Positions 48,257 to 58,127 of a stretch of 64,000 nt of DNA are shown here, one piece after another. Position 1 is the first letter of the stretch. Each line of letters opens with the position of its first letter. A model generated the notes under the pieces. It was not told where the DNA came from. It worked only from the letters and a program-made list of their open reading frames with translations, and searched no databases. The stretch is taken from assembly GCF_000143415.4 (NCBI RefSeq), contig NW_003314272.1, positions 163,729-227,728 of the forward strand. The letters run 5' to 3'. Position numbers and translations under genes: made by a program. The stretch comes from Selaginella moellendorffii (Eukaryota > Plantae > Lycopodiophyta).

Positions 48257-49356
48257 TGTAAGCCATAAATTTTTCCTTTCTGATTTGCCAACTTACCTCG
48301 TCTATCTGTCCAACACTGCCTTGGCTTTTGCTAAGTTCCCTTGCTAAGATTCCCGCCTATGGTACCAGCTTCTACTTGGTCCTACTTGGTTTCAGCTACT
48401 TACTGCACGAGCAACAGAGTGTTAGCCATCCATCCACGAATTCTCAAATCTCTCCCAATCCCCCTCCCCAGGTTAGACTGCACTTAAGGTTCGGCTACAC
48501 TCCCCGCAAGCACAAGCAGCCAAGCACACCAAGCTTCCAGGTTCCTAATATCCCTTGGTACCACAAGACTTGATCATAGGACCTTCTAAATCCCAAGTCT
48601 TGGGTGCAACACTTGCTTCGGGATGCGAGGGCGAAACACCATGGCCTAACGGCCTGGTATAGGTACCTCTACCCCCCCACATCCATCCCGAAGGAAAGGC
48701 CCAAGCCCCTCGGAAGGGCGAGGACCAATGAGCCACAAGGTACTCAAATGGGGCACCACTCCACATGAGCCGGGAGCACCGCAATCGGTTTCCCTTTCGG
48801 GAGTGGGAACTGCTCTTGAGCACTTCCTTGGATGGCCCCTCTGGCACCAACCAAGTTCATGCTCACTCCCACCCAAGGCCCCTCGGTGCCAATCTCAACC
48901 TCAAGTCAGTTTGGAAGCCCCACTGGAGAGTTCCTTCAAAACTAGTTCCTGGACCTCACTATCCCTACTATACTTTTGGAACCCCCTACAACCCCCCCCC
49001 CCCGGGAGACGCACGTTTTGGGCTTTCACCCCTTAACCCGTATTAGTACTTGGACTCGATCTCAGACCCGACTTCGGATTCGGTCTCGAACTTGATCTCG
49101 AACTCGATCTCGGACCTGATCTCGGACTGGACTTTGGACTCAATCTCGGACCCGATTCTTGGATCTCGGACTTGGTCTTGAACTTGGTCTCTGAGTTGGC
49201 CTCGGACTCGATTCCGGACTCTATCTCGAACTCGGTCTTAGAGTCAGTTTTGGACTCGATCTCAGACTCGGTCCCATCCGATGAACTCTTTGTCATTTTG
49301 GTCATGCTTTCGGGGATCCTTTAGCCTACGACACCTCGAGGAGTTGGTTCCTTACA
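48257..49356 (-). repeat. 3' LTR of the inner chromovirus (1100 bp)
   Basis: Direct repeat of 54621-55810; contains a 6/12-mer CTCGGACTCGAT-type array at ~49040-49275. Confidence 0.95.
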
Positions 49357-49546
49357 ACTCCACCACCCATAGAAGAAGTTTGATGCCCACATCAAACGTC
49401 TCTTTTTTATCCTACGATTTGTTGACCATGTCTGCGGGGGCATCCTCCCCACTTAGCGGTGTGCCTAAATTAGCCTCCTCGGCCAAGAGCCCATGACAAC
49501 GGAATATAGATGTCCCTATACTCCTCACCCCACCACACCCTAGTAT

Positions 49547-49642
49547 GGGGTTGGGACTTGAACCTAGCCTTGATTTACTAGGGGGTTGGGACTTGAACCC
49601 CGCTTTGCTTTATTAGGGGGTTGGGACTCGAACCCAACCTCC
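49547..49642 (-). repeat. Three 35-bp-period repeats, each carrying a Pol III B-box / tRNA T-arm motif, in the chromovirus 3' UTR
   Basis: Minus strand GGTTC(A/G)AGTCCCAACCCC x3 at ~49547, 49582 and 49617. Confidence 0.7.
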
Positions 49643-50176
49643 GTAGAATATGTTTACGGATTCGACATCCCCGTGGGGAGTCGGGCGTAGTTCCCTACGC
49701 TTAGTCGACCTAGCTAACCCATGCTAATTAGCTTACCTTCGGCATGCCTTCGGGTCCCAACATATACCATTGCTCAACTTCACAAATTGATACTTTAATT
49801 GAACTTTGCATAAGTACATAGAGTTCTACTTTGCAGAAATTCCTCCACTAGATCTCGTGCGTTCACTACATTCTCCTTTGGTTCCCATGTTGCTTCGCAG
49901 TGTGGAAATCCTTTCCACTTCACATGCAACTCTCTTACCTTGCGTCCTTGTCGTTTGCTCTTGCACGCATTGAGGATGGCCTCGACTTCGTATTCCTCTT
50001 CCCCTTGGATAACTTCAGGTAAGGGTCTTACTTGGTCTTTGCGAAGTGGATCCTCAAAATACGGCTTGAGTAAGTTCACGTGGAACACGGGGTGCATCTT
50101 CCCCATCTCTCAAGGAAGTCAGAGACAGTAAGCCACTTTACCGATTCGAGCCTCAATCTCATAAGGCCCCACGAAC

Positions 50177-50228
50177 CTGCTTAAGGAACTCAAGATCAAT
50201 TCATTTACAGGAATACATGCATTTTTAC
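50177..50228 (-). other. 52-nt GT-AG intron-like insertion before the integrase GPY motif
   Basis: AAG|GTAAAA...TTCCTTAAGCAG|GT; removal restores KLTQRFVGPY. Confidence 0.8.
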
Positions 50229-50646
50229 CTTTGGGTCAATTTTCGGCTGATCCCATTTGGTAGCCTGAGGTTCTTGGTGTTCAGCCACACCTTCTCCCCA
50301 ACTTGGAACTCTACATCCTGGCGCTTCTGGTTCGTGTACTTGGTTTGCCTTTGTTGAGCCCCTTCCAAGGAATCCCTTACTAGATTCCAAATGTTGAGTC
50401 TTTCTGCCGTGAATACCTCCACTGCAGGTAACTCTCCATGATACTCGGCCACGTCGAGTTCCATAGGACCTTCAATAGCTGGCCCATTGATGACTTCCCA
50501 TGGACTCACCCTGATGCTCGAATATGGTGAGTTGTTATAACACATTTCCGCAAGTCCCAAATGATTTACCCAATCAGTCTGGTCTCCTGAGACATAGCAT
50601 TGCAAATAATCCTCCAGCTGCCTATTCACCTTTTCCGTTTGTTCGT

Positions 50647-50693
50647 CTGTCAAGAAGTGTTAGTGCCATCAATCTTGACTTAATACCCATTAC
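50647..50693 (-). other. 47-nt GT-AG intron-like insertion in the integrase core
   Basis: CAG|GTAATG...CACTAAC...TTCTTGACAG|AC; removal restores STAYHLQTDEQTEKVN. Confidence 0.8.
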
Positions 50694-53600
50694 CTGTCTG
50701 TAGGTGATAGGCTGTACTGAATTTCAACTTGGTGCGATACTGTTTTAGGAGTGTCCTCCAGAACCTACTGGTGAAGATCTTATCTTGATCTGAGATAATC
50801 TCTTCTGGCCTTCCCCGCACTCGAACCACTTGTTCGAAGAACAGCTTCACCACACCTTCCGCATCCATTTCTATTGTGGTGGGTATGAAATGTGCCATCT
50901 TCGAAAATTGATCCACCACCACGAATATCGTATCAAACCCCTCGCTTGGGGGGAGTCCCGTGATGAAGTCCATCGTAAGACATTTCCACGGACGATCTGG
51001 AATTGGGATGCTTTGTAACAAGCCCTCACTAGCTTTAGTCACGGCTTTGACCTGCTGACATGTTGGGCATGTCTTTACATAGTCTTGGACGTCCTTAGCC
51101 ATATCTGGCCAGTGGTACTTCCTCTTGAGTAAGCCCATTGTCTTGGGCACTCCACCGTGTCCCGCAAGAGGTCTGTCATGACACTCTTCTAAGGCTACGT
51201 TCCTTAGTTTCCCTTCTGGAACATACACCCTTGTTTGCTTGTAATATATGAGTCCATTGCGTTCTGCATAGCCCGTTTTCTCTTCCGTTGGCAGCTTACC
51301 TCTTTGGTGAGCTTCCTGCGCCTCTAGATTCCTCAGCAACACTTCTTGTGCTAAACCATCGTTCTTATATGTAGTCCGCACATCATCCCAAAAGGTTGTT
51401 GTCATACTGGATATCGCCAACTTCAAGCTCGCTTTTCGACTTAGCACATCTGCCACAATGGTGCTCTTCCCAAACTTGTATAGAATCTTGCAATCAAACT
51501 TAGCCAAAGCCAAATCAAACTTTGGCCCACCGACCTTGTTTTCCCTTCAGGTCGGGCTGTGACAAGAAGTGTTTCGTTGCCACATTGTCCGTGTAAACTT
51601 TGAAGTGTCTCCCAAGGTAGTGTTGCCACTCCTTGAGTGCCTTGACCACCACAAACAATTCCTTCTCATGGGCAGGCCACTTCCGTTGAGCTTTGTCCAA
51701 CTTCTTCGAGAAGAATGCTACTGGATGGTTGTCTTGCTTTAAAATTGCACCCAATGCAAAGTCTGAAGCATCTGTTTCTACCTCAAAGTCCTTACCAAAG
51801 TCTGGTAACGCCAACACGGGAGCCTTCCTTAACTTCCCCTTGAGGTAGACGAATGCCACTTTGCATTCCGCTGTCCATACCATCTTCCCTTTAAGGGCAG
51901 GGCTACTCTCGAATAGTGTCTGATAAACTTTCAATAGTAATTGCATAGCCCTAAGAATGCCTTTAACTCATGTACATTCGATGGTTGCTCCCAATCCTAG
52001 ATCGCTTGGACCTTCTCAAGGTCCACCTTGAGCCCGTCCTTGCCCACCACATGCCCAAGAAACTTTACCTCTTGTTGGGCAAAGTCACATTTGCTCTCTT
52101 TAGCATACAGCTGGTGTTCCCTTAGTTTCTCAAACACCTTCGTCAAGTGTTTGGCATGCTCCTCTAGTGTTTTGCTATAGATTAGGATGTCGTCAATATA
52201 GACGACCACAAAGTGATCTAGATAGGGTACAAAGATATGGTTCATCAACGCCGAAAACGTTGCCAACGCATTGCATAGCCCGAAGGGCATCACCAGAAAC
52301 TCGAAGCTCCCATACCTTGTTCGATAGGTTGTCTTCTCGACATCTTCCTCTGCTACCCTGATCTGATACTATCCTGACCTTAGGTCAATCCTCGAAAAGT
52401 ATTTTGCCTTTCCCAACCTATCGAACAAGTCTTCAATCCTTGGCAAAGGGTACTTGTTCTTCTTTGTATACTTGTTGAGCAACCGATAGTCTATGCATAT
52501 GTGTATAGATCCATCTTTCTTTTTCACAAATAGCACTGGCGCCCCATACGGCGACTTGCTCAACTTAACATACCCTTTGTCCACCAACTCCTCTAGTTGG
52601 CGCTTGAGCTCCGCGAGTTTTTTTTCGTTCAAACGATAGGGGGGGACAAACCACCGCCTCAGCACCCTCGACCAGCTCAATCTTATGCTCTATCGGTCGT
52701 GCGGGGGGCAATCCCGCCGGTAGCTCCTCTGGCATGGTATCCTGGAATTGGTCCAAGACCCGCTGGATCACTAAAGGTACTTCTTCTGTTCCTGTCTTTT
52801 GATCACTTCTCACCGAGAGTAAGCACAAAAATGCAACCTTGGTCCCTTTAGTGAGTTGTCCTCTCGTGAACACCAGGTTTAGGCACGAATCTTTGGCCTT
52901 GCATTGCACTACCTTTAGATCCTGGGCCTCCACCCTGGATCTTCTTCCTTGGGCATTCGCCAGTACCACAAGGTTCCTACCTTGTCCATGTAGGGCTACC
53001 ATGAACCGATTGAACCAATCCATCCCGAAGATCATGTCAAATCCCGCCATGTCTAACACGGTGAAATCCATGTCTACTTTCCAAGTCCCTAATTTGACTC
53101 TCGTTTGTCAAAGTACCTCATCGGTGCTTTGGCTACCTTGAACAAACTCTATAGTCCTTGGTTCGCCCAGCCACTGCACCGTTAGTCCAGCTTGCCAAAC
53201 TATGTCTGCAGCCACAAAATTATCCGAAGCACTCGTGTTAATAAGGATCTTAACAAAGCTACCTCCGAGCTTCCCTCGGAGGTTAGTAGATGTCGCGAAT
53301 GACTCTCTACCAAAGTTGCTTATGTAATGAGGAACTTTGAGCTAGGGACTGGATCACATACCTCAATTTGGACTTCACCCGACTTAATGACTATATTGGC
53401 TCTGGCCTTCTTCGGGTAGGGACATTCCCTCGTAAAGTGTCCCGTTTCACCGGAGTTGTAGCATACGTTGTTTCCCACGTTGCTAAATGACTTGACCTTC
53501 TTATCCGTGGGTTTGTCTCTTTTTGCTTGACTCCCCCACGTACTTGCTCGCTGGCCACTGGATTTGCCTTTTTGGAACCCTGAGGACTCATTCTTAGAGA

Positions 53601-54620
53601 AACTCTTCTTGAATTTCCCTTTGTTATATGTTCCCCTTGGTTTGGCCCCTTTGCTAAACGTGGACCCTAACCCCGTCGTGTTCCCCTTTCGTAGGTTGTT
53701 GTTGAAATGCACCTTGATAGCCGCATCCAACGCTTCTTTGTAATTGGTCGGGTTCCAACGCATCACCTCACCGCAAGCCTAGGGTTGCAAGCCTGATATG
53801 AAAGCATGGAACGCATCAATATCCCCCATATCCATGACCAATATCCTCTTTGCCATAAATCTATTCACATACTCTTGAATGGTTCCGGTCTACTTTAGCC
53901 TACTCAACTCATCCCTTAGGTGCAGAGTGGCATTTGGAGGAACGTATGTCACACGGTTCCTCGCCTTCATCATTTCCCAAGTGGCCATCAGTCCTTTGTT
54001 GGCCTCTGTTGTTTTCCACCAAGACTTGGCATTATCTGCCAAGTATAGTTTTGCACATGGGACCTTCTCCGAGCTTGGTAACCGCAACGCTCGGAAGTAG
54101 TCCTCCATATCATAAAACCAATCTTCCACCACCTTATAGTCATTCACTCCCTTGAAGACCGGTGGGGGCTTTGGTTTGTACTTGGGAACAGCTTGAGGGA
54201 TTGATTCCATTTCGGTCTATTCGACCTTGTTTGGTTCTGCCTTAGTCCCTACCGAAGGGTCCGCACCTTCTGCACTGCCAGCATCCGCAATCTTTCGCTT
54301 TTTCTTCCGCTTCTCATCATGCTTTAGTTTGCGTACAAGAGTCTTCAATAGGGCATTGGTTTGTGCCAACTGTCCTTCTAGAACGTCCAATCAAGCCTTG
54401 GAAGACCGAACCTCACCACCAGACTCCTGTTTAGAAGTTTCCTCACTGGAGTCCTCCTCATGCAAGGATTCCTCATCCATAACCTCTTGTTCGACCGGAG
54501 GCTCCAGCTCGGGCAGAGGTTCTGTCTCTGCCTTGGTTCATTTAGGCCCCGCCTTTCCCATCTCCCAGCAATCCGCCTCTATCCTTCACTAGAACTAAAG
54601 AAAACGCTCCGATACCAAAT

Positions 54621-55810
54621 TGTAAACCACAAGTTTTTCCTTTCCAATTTGCTAGCTTACCTCGTCTATCCGTTCAACACTGCCTTGGCTTTTGCTAAGT
54701 TCCCTCACCAAAGTTCCCACCTATGGTACCAGCTCCTACTTGGTCCTACTTGGTTTCAGCTACTCACTGCACAAGCAACAAAGTGTTAGCCATCCATCCA
54801 CGGATTCTCAAATCTCTCCCAATCCCCCTCCCCAGGTTAGACTGAACTTAAGGTTCGGTTACACTCCCCGCAAACACAAGCAGCCAAGCACACCAAGCTT
54901 CCAGGTTCCTAACATCCCTTAGTACCACAAGACTTGATCATAGGACCCTTTAAATCCCAAGTCTTGGGTGCAACACTTGCTTCGGGATGCGGGGGCGAAA
55001 CACTGTGGCCTAACAGCCCGGTATGGGTACCTCTACCCCCCCCACATCCATCCCGAAGGCCCAAGCCCCTCGGAAGGGCGAGGACCAATGAGCCACAAGG
55101 TACTCAAGTGGGGCACCACTCCACATGAGCCGGGAGCACCGCAATCGATTTCCCTTTCGAGAGTGGGAGCTGCTCTTGAGCACTTCCTTGGATGGCCCCT
55201 CCGGCACCAACCAAGTTCATGCTCACTCCCACCCAAGGCCCCTTGGTCCCAGTCTCAACCTCAAGTCAATTTGGAAGCCCCATTGGAGAGTTCCTTCAAA
55301 ACTGGTTCCTAGACCTCACTATCCCTACTATACTTTTGGAACCCCCTGCAGCCCCCCCCCCCCCCCCCCCCCTAGGAGACGCACGCTTTGGGCTTTCACC
55401 CCTTGACCCGTATTAGTACTCGGACTTGGTCTCGGGCTCAATCTCAGACTCGATCTCGAACTCAACTTCGGATTCAGTCTCGGACTCGATCTCGGACCCG
55501 ATCTCGGACTCGACTTCAGACTCAACTTCAAACTCAATCTCGGACCCGATCTCGGACTCGACTTCAGACTCGACTTCGGACTCGATCTCAGACCCGATTC
55601 TCGGATCTCGGACTCGGTCTTGAACTCAGTCTTGAACTCAGCCTCCGAGTCGGCCTCGAACTCGATTCCGGACTCTATCTCAAACTTGGTCTTAGAGTCA
55701 GTCTTAGACTCGATCTCAGACTCAGTCCCATCCAATGAACACTTTGTCATTTTGGTCATGCTTTTTGGGATCCTTTAGCCTACGACACCTCGAGGAGTTG
55801 GTTCCTTACA
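54621..55810 (-). repeat. 5' LTR of the inner chromovirus (1190 bp)
   Basis: Direct repeat of 48257-49356; longer internal array at ~55418-55725. Confidence 0.95.
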
Positions 55811-58127
55811 GTGACCTCCTGGGAAGTCCAAATTTAGGAGCTTATAGGTAAACTAGAAGTTGGACCAAGATGCGGTTTTGTATCCATAAGGAATACTTGC
55901 CGGATGATCTTGGTCTAAGACTTCGTGCGGAGTTATGATGGTTAAAGTAGCGAGAGGACCTCATGCATTACGTTAATGCGTTTACTCAGAAGCGCATTAT
56001 GATTGCAAATATGAGTGACGAAGATTCTCAAAGTTATTTCTTGATAGGTTTAAGTTCACTTTCTTGTAATGAGATTTTGAAGTTTAAGCCTAAGACGTAC
56101 TTGGAGTGTAAGGAGGCAGCACAGCAAGTTGCCTTTAGTCACTCGCTCATGGAACAATATCAGCAGCCGTATGTTGATACCTCGAACAAGAATAAGAATT
56201 CTATGAATAAACAAGGTGATTGGAAACAGAGGGTGGAAGGTAGGTTCCGCCTTGAAGGCTCACAAGCAACAGTTAACAAAGATGGTGGTGGTTGGAGACC
56301 ACCAGCAGCTTCTTCTAGTCCTAGGCCCTCTATTCCTCCTCCTGGTGGATACAAGCAATAGCAACATGCAAAACCTACTCCTAGCGGAACGGGTAGTGTG
56401 GGTCATTGCTTCCATTGTGGAGAGTCAAGACATAGGTCCTCGGAATGTCCCAACAAGCATAAGATAAAGTCTCGTGTTAATGTCATGAGGGAAGATGGTG
56501 GTGGTGAAGCTGAAGGGGTTGACGAGTTGGTCAATGCAGACTATGAAGAAGAGGAGGTGAGTGACTTTCGTTGCTTTCCTCAAGTTTTTCTCACAATCAA
56601 TGCAAACCTGATCCGTCGATGTATCTGGTAGGTTTTGTCCGCAGACACCGAATTCTAGTGATGATTGATATGGGAGCTACGCACAACGTAATATCCAAAG
56701 ACTTAGTTAAATTGTTAGGATTAAATGCTGAGCAAATGTCGCCTATGCACTTCCGATTTGTAAAAGGTGGGCAAGTAGCTAGAAAGTTTGTGAGTGATGT
56801 TCCAATAAAGATATCCAAGTGGAAAGAAAGAGTGGACTTGGTAGTGTTGAAGATACCAGATTTTCAGATGGTGTTTGGTATGGATTTCTTCAACAAATAT
56901 GTTAAAGGGATTTATGGTGTTGGACAAAGTCGTATCACATTGAAGTCAGAAGGACATCCTGATGTGTACTTTCAGTTGCAAAAGCGTTCCTCAAAGGATT
57001 GGGATGCTAAGCTCCTGGCTGCAAGAGCCGCTCAAAAAGTAGTTAAGAAGGGATGTTAGACTTTTTGGGTTCAAATGATGGAAGCTGAGAGTGTTGGTGA
57101 CTCAATTCGAATTGGCAATGGAGTTGATCCTGTACCAAAGAAGATATTGGAGTTGTTGGCACGAAATCAAGATATCTTTCCGAACGGGCAAGCTGAACTT
57201 GCTCTGGAGTACTACTCTGCCCTGAGAGCTTGTACCACCATTCAACCCAATGATCGGTACCACCTATGAAAGCTCCATATTAATTGAACATCAAGGAGAT
57301 GGTTGAAATCAAAAAGCAATTCACAGAGCTTCTTGACAAAGGTCATATCTGACCAAGCAAGTCACCTTATGGAGCGCCGGTCCTTTTTGTTATGAAAAAG
57401 GATGGAACCATGAGGATGTGTATTGACTATCGGGCACTCAACAAGATCACGGTCAAGAACAGTTATCCTTTGCCTCGCATTGATAACTTGTTTGACTAGC
57501 TCTTAAAGGCTAAGTATTTTACACGACTTGATTTGCGGTCTGGGTATCATCAGATACGGGTGGCAGATCAAGATGTGGAGAAAACAGCCTTTAAGACTTA
57601 GTATGGATCTTATGAGTTCCTTGTCATACCGTTTGGGTTATGCAATGCCCTGGCAACGTTCAACACTATAATGGATAGAATATTCAGAGATTATCTAGAC
57701 ACATTTGTTGTCCTATATATCGACGATATTCTAGTCTTTAGAAGCTCTATTTCGTTAAAGTGGGAATTGTCATTATCCCACTTGTAAAATAAGGTTTCCA
57801 AACCTTTATATAGTATATAAATATAACAAAATTCAACTGCATTGAGGCACATGCCATTTTATTTTAAACAAGGAAATGTCTACTCAATCACTTCTCCTCC
57901 CCCTGCCACTGCTTCACCTCTCTCTTCTCCTTGTCATCGTCGTCCAATTTCTTTCCATCCTTTTAATATTGGCTCAGTTGCTCCGAGTCTAGGTGGAGCC
58001 CAAGTCCCCATTCAATCTTTACTTTCCCATTATTAATAAAACAACTTCGTAGACTTCCAATAACATGCTGTAACACTTCTAGTATAATGCAAATCCTCTC
58101 AAAGAATTGTCTTTTAATATTAATACA

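Larger units (their letters stand above)
48257..55810 (-). mobile_element. Full-length, mutationally inactivated Ty3/gypsy chromovirus: gag-PR-RT-RH-INT-chromodomain
   Basis: LTRs 54621-55810 (5') and 48257-49356 (3') with TG..CA ends; TSD GTGAC at 48252-56 and 55811-15; PBS TGGTATCGGAGC ~54606-54617; PPT next to 49357; YIDD, TDASD, HHCC, GPY and chromodomain YEVEAIL..VKWKG..ATWE. Confidence 0.96.
46528..57740 (+). mobile_element. Outer Ty3/gypsy LTR retrotransposon, 3'-truncated inside RT and interrupted in gag by nested insertions
   Basis: 5' LTR TGTCACG...CTACA 46528-47436; PBS TGGTATCAGAG (tRNA-iMet) at 47439; gag from 47578, resuming ~55870; knuckle CFHCGESRHRSSEC; protease IDMGATHN; RT up to YIDDILVF; many stop codons. 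Confidence 0.88.

Noticed and set aside
51505-51525. Frame break between RNase H and integrase of the inner element
   Set aside because: About 10-bp local duplication with no GT-AG ends; ordinary decay, unlike the two integrase introns
55328-55759. ORFs such as MTKMTK...ESEIESKT and SRTRSRT in both LTRs
   Set aside because: Translations of the 6/12-mer LTR minisatellite, with frames not conserved between the two LTRs
56558-56644. Perfect GAG|GTGAGT donor at the gag/protease junction of the outer element
   Set aside because: Nearby AG acceptors lead to stops and would delete protease-like residues; a single-base frameshift explains the break more simply
57735-57760. Helitron 3' end (CTRR) at the junction that truncates the outer RT
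   Set aside because: No A/T target context or subterminal hairpin, so the element class cannot be called from this end
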